NCBI GenBank assembly: GCA_963843845.1
Contig: CAWJMB010000002.1
Location: 1,632,001-1,696,000, forward strand
Length of the DNA stretch: 64,000 nucleotides
DNA from: an uncultured Gemmatimonadaceae bacterium
Lineage (GTDB): Bacteria; Gemmatimonadota; Gemmatimonadetes; Gemmatimonadales; Gemmatimonadaceae
Direction of reading: 5' to 3'
Below, piece after piece: positions 30,413 through 41,500 of this stretch. The notes beneath the pieces are model-generated. The model was given only the letters and a program-made list of their open reading frames with translations, had not been told where the DNA came from and ran no database searches. The position numbers and the translations under genes are program-made. Position 1 is the first letter of the stretch. Each line of letters opens with the position of its first letter.

Positions 30413-31075
30413 ATGATGTTCGGCTGCCTTCGACGACTCGGCTGCCTGGTCATCCTCCTGATCGCCGCCGCCGCGTACTTCACTCGTGCGTACTGGTGGG
30501 GGCCGGCGCGCCGCGCGGTCGACCGCACGACGACGAGCGGCGCGATGCGCGACACGGCGTCCGTGTGGGAGTCGCTGACCCCCGCCGCGGCCGAGCGCGG
30601 TGAGCGCGCCGTACGCTCGCTCGCGGCGCCGCGCGGGCCTGCGTACGCGTCGCTGCGCGCCGGCGAGTTGGCGTCGTATCTCTTCCTGTCACTCTCTGCG
30701 GCGCTCCCCGCGATGGCGCGGGATGCGCAGGCGCGCGTCATCGACGACCGCATCTACATCCGCTCGGTGATGTCGCTCCGCGACGTGGCCGGCGACCTCG
30801 GACCCGCCTCCGGGCTCCTCGGCGAGCGCGACACGCTGCGGCTCGGCGGCACCTTCGAGATCGCCGAGCCCGGGCGCGCGCTGTTCCACGTGCGCGACGT
30901 GCAGATCGGACGCGTGCCACTCCCGGATCGCGCGATCCCGCTGCTCGTCCGCCGCCTGCGTCCCGACGACGCCCGCACAGCGTCGGCGGCCGACGCGCTC
31001 GTCGTTCCGACCCCGCCTTCGATCGGCGACGTGCGCATCTCGCGCGGACGCGTCACCTTGTACAGGCGCGATTGA
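30413..31075 (+). CDS. Hypothetical membrane-anchored protein
   Basis: GGAG upstream; N-terminal GCLRRLGCL plus TM segment. Confidence 0.7.
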   Translation: MMFGCLRRLGCLVILLIAAAAYFTRAYWWGPARRAVDRTTTSGAMRDTASVWESLTPAAAERGERAVRSLAAPRGPAYASLRAGELASYLFLSLSAALPAMARDAQARVIDDRIYIRSVMSLRDVAGDLGPASGLLGERDTLRLGGTFEIAEPGRALFHVRDVQIGRVPLPDRAIPLLVRRLRPDDARTASAADALVVPTPPSIGDVRISRGRVTLYRRD

Positions 31076-31115
31076 CCGCGCTGCCGACGCTGTCGACCGC
31101 ACTCGCCTCTGCCTG

Positions 31116-32484
31116 ATGCCACGCCGCATTCTCGTCATCGACGACGAACCCGGAATTCGCAGCGCTCTCGGCCAACTCCTGGAGTACGAGGGCTACGACG
31201 TCCGTACGGCGCCGAACGCCGCGGACGGGCTCGCCGAGTACGATCGGTTCCGCCCCCATCTGACGTTCATGGACATCAAGATGGCAGGGATGGACGGACT
31301 CGAGGCGCTGAAGCGACTCAAGCAGCAGGACGCGGACGCGTGCGTCGTCATGATCAGCGGACACGCGACGATCAAGGACGCCGTCGACGCGACGCAGCTC
31401 GGCGCGTACGACATCCTCGAGAAGCCGCTCGACACCGACCGCATTCTCGTCCTGCTGCGCAATGCGCTCGACCGCGCGGAGCTCGCGGAGGAGAACGCGC
31501 GGCTGCGCGAGACGATCGAGATCCGCTACGAGATCGTCGGGAAGTCGTACGTCATCCGCGCGTTGCTCGACGGCATCGACAAGGTCGCGGCCACGCCGGC
31601 GCGCGTGCTCATCACGGGCGAGAACGGGACCGGGAAGGAGCTCGTCGCGCGCGCGATTCACAAGCAGTCGCAGCGCAAGGCGAAGCCGTTCGTCGAAGTG
31701 AACTGCGCCGCGATCCCGTCGGAGCTCATCGAGAGCGAGCTGTTCGGTCACATGAAGGGCTCGTTCACCGGCGCCGTGCAGGACCGCGCCGGGAAGTTCG
31801 AGCAGGCGGACGGCGGCACGCTGTTCCTCGACGAGGTCGGCGACATGAGCCCGACCGCGCAGGCGAAGGTGCTGCGCGTGCTGCAGGACGGCGTCGTCAC
31901 GCGCATCGGCGGGTCGAAGCCGATCAAGGTCGACGTCCGCGTCATCGCGGCGACGAACAAGGAGCTCGAGGAGGAGATCGCGGCCGGACGGTTCCGCGAG
32001 GACCTGTTCTACCGCCTGAACGTCGTCCCCCTCCGCGTGCCGGCGCTTCGCGATCGCCGCGAGGACATCGCGCTGCTCGTGCGGCACTTCCTCACGCTGC
32101 TCGCCCGCCAGGACGGTCTTCCCGCGCAAGGCGATCGACGATGCGGCGCTGCAGCGCCTCATGGAGCTGGAGTGGCCGGGGAACGTGCGCGAGCTGCGCA
32201 ACACCGTCGAGCGGCTGCTCATTCTGTCCAACGGCGCGCGCATCACGCTGGCCGACGTCGAGCGGCTCGTCGGCCGCCGTGCCGTGGAAGGCGGCGGACT
32301 CGGCTCGCTCACGGACATCGGCACGTTCGAGGAGTTCAAGCACGCCGCCGAGCGCGCGTTTCTGCTCGCGAAGCTGCGGCAGTTCGACTGGAACGTGTCG
32401 GAGACGGCACGCGTGCTCGAGATGCCGCGCTCGAACGTCTACAAGAAGATCGAGCGATACGGCTTGAAGCGCGAAGACGGCTGA
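31116..32484 (+). CDS. Sigma-54-type (NtrC/NtrX family) response regulator; one indel near 32127
   Basis: Receiver (DDE, D, K), [37 protein letters not shown]-terminal HTH in the next frame. Confidence 0.92.
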
Positions 32485-32507
32485 CGACGCTGACCCACAC
32501 GCCACTC

Positions 32508-33014
32508 ATGTCCGACCGCGATTGGGAGAAGGAGCTCGCCGAGATCGACCGCCGCATCGCGAGCGAGCCCGCCGAGTCCGAGGGGGTGCCGGCTTCGCGC
32601 ACCGTGGCCGTGTCCGGTCGCACGGACGCGGCGAAACCGAAGCCGCCGAGCGTCGCCGCGCGTGCCAACGCCCCGGTCACGACGACGCCAGCCGCGCCGC
32701 GACACTGGAAGACGATCGTCGGGCTGACGATCCGCCTGTCGATCGCCGCGATGCTGCTCGCCGCCGTCGTCGTGTGGCCCTACGACACGCGATGCGGCTC
32801 CTGGCTGTACGGCTACCTCGCGACGATCGGGCTGACCGCGGTCGCATCGATCTGGACCGCGGTCGCGGCCTGGCGGCACCGCGGCGCGCTGGTGCACCTG
32901 CTGTCGTTGGCCATGCTCGCCACGGCGCTCGTGTATGCCGCGATCGAAGTGCTGCCGCGTGTCGGGTACGCGCTCCCCGACGCGGCGCACCCGACGATCT
33001 GGAGTTGCGGCTGA
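32508..33014 (+). CDS. Hypothetical membrane protein (about 3 TM)
   Basis: [17 protein letters not shown], then hydrophobic helices; WPYDTRCG and PTIWSC cysteines. Confidence 0.75.
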   Translation: MSDRDWEKELAEIDRRIASEPAESEGVPASRTVAVSGRTDAAKPKPPSVAARANAPVTTTPAAPRHWKTIVGLTIRLSIAAMLLAAVVVWPYDTRCGSWLYGYLATIGLTAVASIWTAVAAWRHRGALVHLLSLAMLATALVYAAIEVLPRVGYALPDAAHPTIWSCG

Positions 33015-33020
33015 CGGCGG

Positions 33021-34607
33021 TCAGCGCCGCGGTGTCGCCGGTCCGCCGCGCTTCGTCCACACGACGACCGCGCCGCATCCGGAGTTGCCGCTCATGAACT
33101 GCGGCGGGAGCCCGGCAGATCCGGAATACACCTCGACGCCGCCGACATCCTGCGGCTTGACGATGTTGTCGAGCTCGTCCGCACCCTGCGCGACGCGCAT
33201 GCCGTCGACGTAGACCTCGGGAACGCAGCCACCGCGCCCTCGCACGACGTTGCCGAACTGGCCGTTCGGCGTGACCGACATCCCCGGCGTCGTCCGCATG
33301 ACGTCGGACATCACGAACGCGCCGCGGTTGACGATGTCTTCCTCGGTGTAGAAGCGCCCGAACGAGCTCTTCTTCCGCTCCAGGAAGCCGTTGTAGTCGG
33401 CTGCGGCCTTCGAGCTCTTGCCGGTCACGGTGATGCCCTGCAGCGTCGCGACCTGCTTCTCGAGCACCACGTCGACGGCGTTCGCGCGGCGAGACGACAG
33501 ATCGACGGCGACGCGTCGCGGCTCGTAGCCGATCGCCCGTACCTCGAGATTGTACGTTCCCGATGGCAACCCGCTCAGCGCGAACGCGCCGTTGTCGGTC
33601 GTGCGTCCCGTCACGCCACTTCCCCAGACTTGCAGGCGCGCGCCGGGCAAGACGCGCCCGTCTCGTCCGCGCACCATTCCGGTCAACCGTGCGGACCCTC
33701 GGCTGACGGTCGTCGGATACGCGGGGCGCTTCTCGACCGCGGCCATCGTGTCCGGCACCTGCACGAGCACCGCGGTCGTCGAATCGCCGAGCAGGAAGTC
33801 GCGGCGCACGACGCCGCGCGGCATCACCGCCACGTCGATGATGCCACCAGCCCGTCCGGTGGCTTCCGCATTCGCTTCGACGCGTCCGCCGTCGGCCGGC
33901 AGGCCGCAGATCGTGTACACGCCGCCCGGTCGCACCTTCGCCGGGTAGCGGCGGTGCGCGTTCCGGATCCCCGTCTCGTCGGCCTGAATCTCGTTCCAGG
34001 TCACCACGACCTTCGCCTCGTTCAACCCGGCGCCACTCTCCGCGTCGCGCACGATGCCGATGAGCGCACCTGTAGTGTCGCCGTACGCCGTCGGTCCGCA
34101 GATCGCCGCGCGGGCCGTGCGCGCGCTCGGGGTGCCGAAATCGAGGCGGGCCGCGGTATCGGGACGGATCAGCAGGCGAAGGGTCGGCGCCTCCGCTCCG
34201 AGCACGTCGAGCACTTCGTGGTAGAGTCCCGCGAGGTAGCGCCCCGACCGCACGCCGGGAATGCGATAGCGCCCCGTCGAATCGGTCGTCGCGGTGAACG
34301 AGCGGCCGCGGTCCGTCTCGCTGACGAGCTGGATCGTGGCATTCACGAGCGGCGCTTGCGCGATGCTGTCGTACGCGAAGCCGAAGACGGCGAGGACCGC
34401 GCTCGTGTCGACCGCTGCGGGTACGGGAAGCGTGGACGCGCCACCCGGACCGACGGCAGGCTGGCGGGGCGGGACCGGCCTCGGCGCGCCGATGACGCCG
34501 GGCCGTGGAGCGGCCTGCGCGGCGAGACGTACCGGCGGTACGCCGGCGCCCGCGATCGTCGCACACGCGAAGGCGGCCGCGAGCAAGAGGCGGCGAGAGG
34601 TAGGCAT
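33021..34607 (-). CDS. Secreted protein with carboxypeptidase-regulatory-like domains and a C-terminal TonB plug-like domain
   Basis: Signal peptide; TDSTGRY and TTDNGAF repeats; YVDGMR, DVGGVEVY, CGAVVVWTK. Confidence 0.8.
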   Translation of the reverse strand: MPTSRRLLLAAAFACATIAGAGVPPVRLAAQAAPRPGVIGAPRPVPPRQPAVGPGGASTLPVPAAVDTSAVLAVFGFAYDSIAQAPLVNATIQLVSETDRGRSFTATTDSTGRYRIPGVRSGRYLAGLYHEVLDVLGAEAPTLRLLIRPDTAARLDFGTPSARTARAAICGPTAYGDTTGALIGIVRDAESGAGLNEAKVVVTWNEIQADETGIRNAHRRYPAKVRPGGVYTICGLPADGGRVEANAEATGRAGGIIDVAVMPRGVVRRDFLLGDSTTAVLVQVPDTMAAVEKRPAYPTTVSRGSARLTGMVRGRDGRVLPGARLQVWGSGVTGRTTDNGAFALSGLPSGTYNLEVRAIGYEPRRVAVDLSSRRANAVDVVLEKQVATLQGITVTGKSSKAAADYNGFLERKKSSFGRFYTEEDIVNRGAFVMSDVMRTTPGMSVTPNGQFGNVVRGRGGCVPEVYVDGMRVAQGADELDNIVKPQDVGGVEVYSGSAGLPPQFMSGNSGCGAVVVWTKRGGPATPRR

Positions 34608-34750
34608 CAGAGAAAGGTACGAGCAATCCGGCGCCGGCCAATGTCCGTGAATCTCCGCGGCCGAGCACACTAGATTCACCGCACCGCGCGTCGGTGTTCC
34701 GCCCGGCGCAGAATCGCCGCCGCTCTCGCGCGCCCTTCCTGCCTGCGTCC

Positions 34751-36276
34751 ATGACCACGACGTTCCAGAACTTCATCGCCGGCGCGTGGGTCGCGCCCAC
34801 GACCGGCGATCTACTTCGAGAACCGCAATCCCGCCGACACGCGCGACCTGATCGGCCGCTTCCCGCTGTCCGGCGCCGCGGACGTCGACCGCGCGGTGAC
34901 GAGCGCGCGAAGCGCGGCTTCGCGCTCTGGCGCGACACGCCCGCCCCGGCTCGCGGCGACGTCCTCCGCCGCGTCGGCGACCTGCTCACGGCGCGGAAGG
35001 AGGAGACTCGCCGAGCCTCATGACGCGCGAGATGGGCAAGCCGCTTCACGGAGACGCGCGGCGACGTGCAGGAGGGGATCGACACCGCGTACTACGCGGC
35101 CACCGAAGGGCGCCGCCTGTTCGGCCACACGGTGCCGAGCGAGCTGCGAAACAAGTGGGCGATGAGCTTCCGCCGCCCGATCGGCGTCTGCGGCATCATC
35201 ACGCCGTTCAACTTCCCGCTCGCCATCCCGACGTGGAAGATGTTCCCCGCGCTGGTCTGCGGAAACGCCTGCGTCTTCAAGCCGAGCCGAGGACGTGCCG
35301 CACACCGGGCACGTGCTCGTCGAGATCCTGCTCGAGGCCGGGCTTCCGCCGGAGGTGATCCAGCTCGTGCACGGCGACGTGGCGGAAGCGTCGGAGCGCC
35401 GATCGTCGAGCACCCGCGACGTCCCCGTCATCTCGTTCACCGGCTCGACCGAGACCGGCAGCATCGTCGGCGAGACCTGCGGCCGCATGCACAAGCGGCT
35501 GTCGCTCGAGATGGGCGGCAAGAACGCGCAGATCGTGCTGGACGACGCCGACCTCGACCTCGCGCTCGACGGCGTGCTCTGGGGCGCGTTCGGCACCACC
35601 GGCCAGCGCTGCACGGCGACCAGCCGGCTGATCCTCCAGCGCGGCATCCACGACCGGTTCCTCGGCGTGCTCGTCGACCGGGCGCGAGGCATGAAGCTCG
35701 GGCGACGGGCGCGAAGACGGGCACCGACGTGGGCCCGCTCATCCACGAGCGCGTCGCGCGAGAAGGTGGAGCGGTACATCGACATCGGCGCAGGCGACGG
35801 GGCCGACCTCGTGTGCGGCGGCCGGCGCCCGAGCGGCAGACGCTACGCGCGAGCGGCTACTTCTTCGAGCCGACGATCTTCGCGCGGCGTGGAGCGCGGG
35901 GATGCGCGTCTGAGCAGGAGGAGATCTTCGGCCCGGTGCTCTCGCGTCATCCGCGTGGACTCGACGCCGACGAGGCGTTCGCGCGTCAACAACGACGTGA
36001 AGTACGGGCTCTCGTCGTCGCTGTACACGCGCGACGTGAACCTCGCGTTCCGCGCGCTTCAACGAGCTCGACAACGGCATCACGTACATCAACGCCCCGA
36101 CGATCGGCGCCGAGGCGCACCTTCCGTTCGGCGGGGTGAAGCAGACCGGCAACGGTCACCGCGAAGGCGGCTGGGAGGTGTACGAGTTCTACTCCGAGAC
36201 GAAGGTCGGCTACGTCGACTTCTCGGGGGCGCTGCAGCGCGCGCAGATCGACAACTATCTCGGCACGCCGGACTGA
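34751..36276 (+). CDS. Aldehyde dehydrogenase family protein (many apparent indels)
   Basis: Stitched: [42 protein letters not shown]. Confidence 0.88.
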
Positions 36277-36371
36277 CGCGTCGCTCGGCTTGCGCCCTGA
36301 CAGGCCGCGATTTGATCTCACACGCCTCGGCGAGTACTCCTGCCTCACTTGCCGGCTCCGACACGTTGTAC

Positions 36372-37205
36372 ATGGACTCGAGCACCGGTCCGCCCGCGCC
36401 GCCCTCCCTCCCGGCTGACCGCGGTACGCGACCGACATCGCCGAGCGCGCTCGAGGCGCTGCAGCACGTCAACAGCAGTTCGCGCCTGCGCTTCGGCTTG
36501 CTCTGGGAGTGGGCGAAGATCGTCACTGATCGCGTTCTGCCTCTTCCTCGTATGCGCGCCTTCTTCGTCGAGGCGTTCAAGATTCCGAGCGGCAGCATGG
36601 AGCGGCACGCTGCTCGTCGGCGACTTTCTGCTCGTCAACAAGCTCGTCTACGGCGCGGAGGTGCCGATCACGCACCGCCGTCTGCCGCGCCTCCGCACGC
36701 CGCAGCGCGGCGACGTGATCGTCTTTCAGTGGCCGAAGGACCGCACGAAGAACTTCGTGAAGCGCCTCGTCGGGCTGCCTGGCGACACGCTCGCGATGCG
36801 CGAAGGGTCGCTGTTCGTGAACGGCCGGTCGCGTCGCGCGAGCCCTATGTCCGCACACCGAGCCCGGCATCGACCCGTCGTTGAGGAGTTCCGGTGGCAG
36901 CGCGACTACGTCGTTCGCTCCGCCGTCGCCGCGCCGCCGCCGCTCGGCTGGGCTGGCCGCGACCCGGACGCCACCCGTCGCGAAACAACTGGGGTCCGTT
37001 GGTCGTCCCTACGGGCAGCTACTTCGTGCTTGGCGACAACCGGGACAACTCGCTCGACAGCCGGTACTGGGGCTTCGTCCCCGACTCATTGCTGCGCGGC
37101 CGCCCGATGCTTGTCTATTACAGCTACGCGCCCGACAGCACCGACCTTTGCCTGGGTTCGACGCGCGTTCGCTGGACGCGGCTCGGCGAACGGATCACTA
37201 GCTGA
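36372..37205 (+). CDS. lepB: Signal peptidase I (apparent indels)
   Basis: IPSGSM (Ser), TLLVGDFLLVNK, FVKRLVGLPGD (Lys), GDNRDNSLDSRYWG. Confidence 0.92.
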
Positions 37206-37272
37206 CTCCGCCGTGCCGGTCGCTCTCGGCTGCAGCGACACTCGCGTCAGGTCGATGCGCCGGAACCGCCGT

Positions 37273-38132
37273 ATGGCCATCTCCGAACAGCAAGAAGCGT
37301 CGTACGAAGAGGGCTCGCTCGATCAGTACCTGCGGGACATCAGCGTCTACCCGCTGATCACGCGCGAAGAGGAAGTCATCGCTCGCGCAGCAGGATCCGC
37401 ACGGGCGACCAGGAGGCGCTCGACAAGCTGGTGCGGTCGAACCTGCGCTTCGTCGTGTCGGTCGCGAAGAAGTATCAGAACCAGGGCGTGTCGCTCTCCG
37501 ACCTGATCAACGAGGGCAACCTCGGCCTGATCCGCGCCGCGCACAAGTTCGACGAGACGAAGGGGATCAAGTTCATCTCCTACGCCGTCTGGTGGATCCG
37601 TCAGGCGATCCTCCAGGCGCTCGCCGAGCAGTCGCGGATCGTGCGGGTGCCACTGAACCGCGCCGGGACGCTGCACCGCATCGGCAAGCGCGCGAGCTCG
37701 CTGCTCCAGGAACTCGGCCGCGAGGCGACGCACGCCGAGATCGCCGAGGGGATGGACATCACGGAGGACGAAGTCGCGAAGACGATGTCGATCTCGCAGG
37801 CGCATCTGTCGCTCGACGCGCCGATGACGCCCGGCGAGGACAACCGGCTCCTCGACTATCTCGCCGACACGTCGAACCCGACGCCCGACGAGCAGACGTT
37901 CGAGAAGGCGCTGACGGAGGCGATCGAGGAGTCGCTGTCGGGGCTCAAGGAGCGCGAGTCGAAGATCCTGCGGCTGTACTTCGGCCTGGACGGCGAGGAG
38001 CCGATGACGCTCGAGCAGATCGGGGCGCTGCTCGGCATCACACGCGAGCGGGTGCGGCAGATCAAGGAGAAGGCGCTGTCGCGGCTGCGCCACGTCTCTC
38101 GCGCGCGCGCGCTGGAATCCTTCCTCGGCTAG
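37273..38132 (+). CDS. RNA polymerase sigma-70 factor, RpoD/SigA family, no region 1.1; indel near 37380
   Basis: LDQYLRDI, NLRFVVSVAKKY, DLINEGNLGL, YAVWWIRQAI, TRERVRQIKEKAL. Confidence 0.92.
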
Positions 38133-38260
38133 CACGTCGCGCACGGCGTTTGCGCGCGTCCGTCGTGGCGTGTCGCAACCGCGTTGCGGCGCTCCGAGGC
38201 TGGTCGTCGGAGCCACCGAAGGCCGTTCGCCGCGCAGGGACTGCCGTCGCTGGCATCGTC

Positions 38261-38288
38261 TTGACACAAGCACGGGGCGGGCTAGTTT
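38261..38288 (+). promoter_or_regulatory. Putative sigma-70 promoter TTGACA-N16-TAGTTT for the large Ig-fold lipoprotein
   Basis: Perfect TTGACA at 38261; TANNNT at 38283. Confidence 0.6.
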
Positions 38289-38511
38289 GCGGCGATCGTG
38301 CTACACCCCCGTATGGGGGCGTAGTGTGTTCGTCCCTATCTGGAGGTGTCCTGCCCCGAGAGTCTTGTGCGAGCACGTAGTTCGGTACGTCGGCACGGTT
38401 CGGACGCAGTACCCGAATGATGCGCAGCACCTGTTGGACCGCGCTCGTGGGAGCGCAATTCCCGGCAGATCCTGGATCTGCCACACCCGGCAACAACAGA
38501 GGACCTAACGA

Positions 38512-41500
38512 ATGAGACTCGTCAATTGGCGCGTACTCGTCCTGGGCGCAGCGGGGCTTGGCCTCGCCGCGTGCGGCGACGACGTCGTGATCGGTGACAC
38601 GCCAATCAGCTTCACGACCAACCCTTCGTCGATCAGCTGCACAGCTGGTCAGTCGACGGCGGTTGGCGTGACGGTGAGCGGTGGCAGCGGTACCCCGACG
38701 GTGGCCTTCTCGGCCGGCAACGGCAACGCGACGGTCACGGGCAGCGGCACGAGCGCGACCGTGCTCTGCACGACGGCCGGCGCGTCGGCCGTCAATTTCA
38801 CGATCACGAGCGGCGGCCAGACGGTCACCGGCTCGATCCCGGTCACGATCACGGGTGTTGCGAGCCCGGTGCAGGCCGTGACGATCAACCCGACGAGCGC
38901 GGTGGTCGCGCCGGGCGGGTCGGTGCAGTTCACGGCGTCGGTGTCGCTCGCGAACGGCGCCCCGGCGAACACGTCGACGGCGGTCACCTTCTCGGTGGCT
39001 GATCAGACGGTCGCGACGGTTGACGCGACGGGCCGTGTGACGGCGCTCGCGACGGCCGCGGGCCGCTCGACGGTCGTCCGCGCCACGTCGGTCGCGAACA
39101 CGAACCTCGTTGCCAGCGCCACGCTGCAGGTCGGCACGGCGGCGTCGCTCGTGCAGTCGCTGTCGGTGTCGCCGGGCACGACGACGCTGATTCCTGGGCA
39201 GACGCAGCAGATCACGTCGAACGTCACGCTGGCGGCTGGTGCGCCGACCGGGACGTCGACGGGCGTCACGTACGTCTCGAGCGACACCTCGATCGCGCGC
39301 GTCAGCTCGACGGGCGTCATCACGGGTGGTAGCCGCGCCGGCACGGCGACGATCACGATCGCGTCGGTCGCCGCTCCGACGGTGACGCAGACGGTTGCGG
39401 TCACGGTCAGCCAGCAGGCGCCGGTCGTCCTGACGATCCAGTCGCTCACGACGACGACGGCCGCCGGTCAGACGATCAACGTCGACCAGGCGAACGTGAA
39501 CGGCCCGATCTTCCTCACGCTCAACCTCGATCCGGGTTCGTTCCGTCCGGACTCGATCGTTGCGACGCTCGGCAACCAGCGCATCGTCTGCCAGCGCTTC
39601 TCGGCGCAGCTCGCCGAGGCGTACCGTGCGGCGGCGCAGGGCGCGTCGGCCGACGTGCAGCCGGTCGTCTGCCAGCTCAACACGGCGGCGTTCGACACGA
39701 CGACGGGTGTGGCGCAGATCATCAACGGCCAGCAGCAGCTCAACGCGACGGCCTACTACCGCCCGGTCGGCGGTGGCTCGTCGACGACGCAGTCGGCGCA
39801 GATCGGCGTCAACCTGACGCTGAACAACCAGTCGGGCTTCTTCGTCAACGTGACGAACACGCCGTCGGCGGCGCAGACGGCGAACGGCGGCCCGGCGAAC
39901 GGTCAGACGACCGGTCCGCAGGGTGTCCTGTGGCGCGCGGGTGATATCCGCGTGCAGGTCGTTCCGGTGTTCTTCACGACGCCGGGCGGCACGCCGACGG
40001 GCACGCAGACGCTGACGGTCGCGCTTGCCGACCAGAACAACCCGGGCGGGTTCGCGACGCAGACGGTGAGCTTCAACGCTGGCTCGTCGGCGACCGCGAC
40101 GTTCACGGGCACGACGGCGGCGTACACGCCGAACCCGGCGAACAACACGGTGACGGGCTATTCGTCGCCGAACGCGGGTGGCGTGAACACGGGCGGCGCA
40201 CCGGTGCCGGCAGGAGCGGCGCAGGGCACGCAGATCATCGTCAACGGCAACGTCAACACGACGTTCCTGTCGTCGGCGGGTCGCATCTCGAACGGTTCGA
40301 CGATCTACATCGACAACGCGGCGCCGGAGAACCGGAACCAGTTCGTCTCGTCGAACTTCCTCCAGGCCGCGGGCCCGACGGGCTTCATCAACGGCTCGTT
40401 CGTCTTCGCGGACTCGGTCCAGCAGGCCGCGCTCGGCACGGCGCTCGGCGACAACAACGGCGTCGATCGTGTCGCGCGCTCGTTCTTCTTCGCGACGAAC
40501 CCGCTCATCACGGGCGGCGCGGCGCTGACGCCGGGCCAGATCGTCGCGAACGGCACGTCGGTCGCGAACAGCGGGAGCATCACGCAGAACCCGACCATCG
40601 GCAGCTACGTCGCTGCGGCGCGTCTCGTCGACGCACTCGGTAACGCGGTCGCGACGAACGTCACGGCGCTCGCCGGCCTCGGCAACGCGCAGTTCCAGTT
40701 CGGCGTGATCACGGCGACGCCGGTCCTGACGTTCCTCGGGACGACGAACATCGCGTCGAGCCAGCAGATCGGTCTCGCGCAGGGTGCCGGCGCTCGGGTG
40801 CTCACGTTCCAGGCGACGAGCACGGCAGCCGCGAACACCACGAACCCGCCGTTCCCGTCGCGGTTCGTCGTGGGCACGCTGCAGGTCGTCACGCCGGCCG
40901 GTACGTTCTGCGCCACGCCGTCCGACACCGCCGTGACCGCCGCTGGCGGCGCCGCGACGGTGACCGGGGCCACGCAGACGAACACGAACCCGCCGTGCCC
41001 GCAGCTCGCGTTCAACACGATCTCGATCGATCCGCAGACGGCTCGCGCCGGCATCTACACGTTCTCGGGCCAGGCGCGTGATGTCGCCGGCAACCTGAGC
41101 GCGGTAGTGACCCGGTCGTTCGTCATCGACCGCGTCGCGCCGATCACGGTCAACGCGATCGTCGCCACGCCGCCGCTCTCGGGTGGCGCGAGCGAGACGT
41201 TCCAGGCGACCACGACCGACAACCTCGGGCTGGTGACGCAGGTTGGGCTCGTCGGCTACCAGACGCCGACCGAGATCGTGCTGCGCTACAACGGCACGGC
41301 CATCGGCACGGCGCTCGCCACTCCGTTCACCTCGAGCGCGACGCTCTCGGTCACGGTCCCGACGTTCATCCGCGGCATCGCGCTGCAGTCGCAGACGGCC
41401 CCGAACCAGTTCGTCGCGGTCAACAGCAACACGTTCTCGACGGTCGGCGCGGTCGCGATCGGTGCGACCGACAACGGCGGCAACTACGGCTACGGCACGA

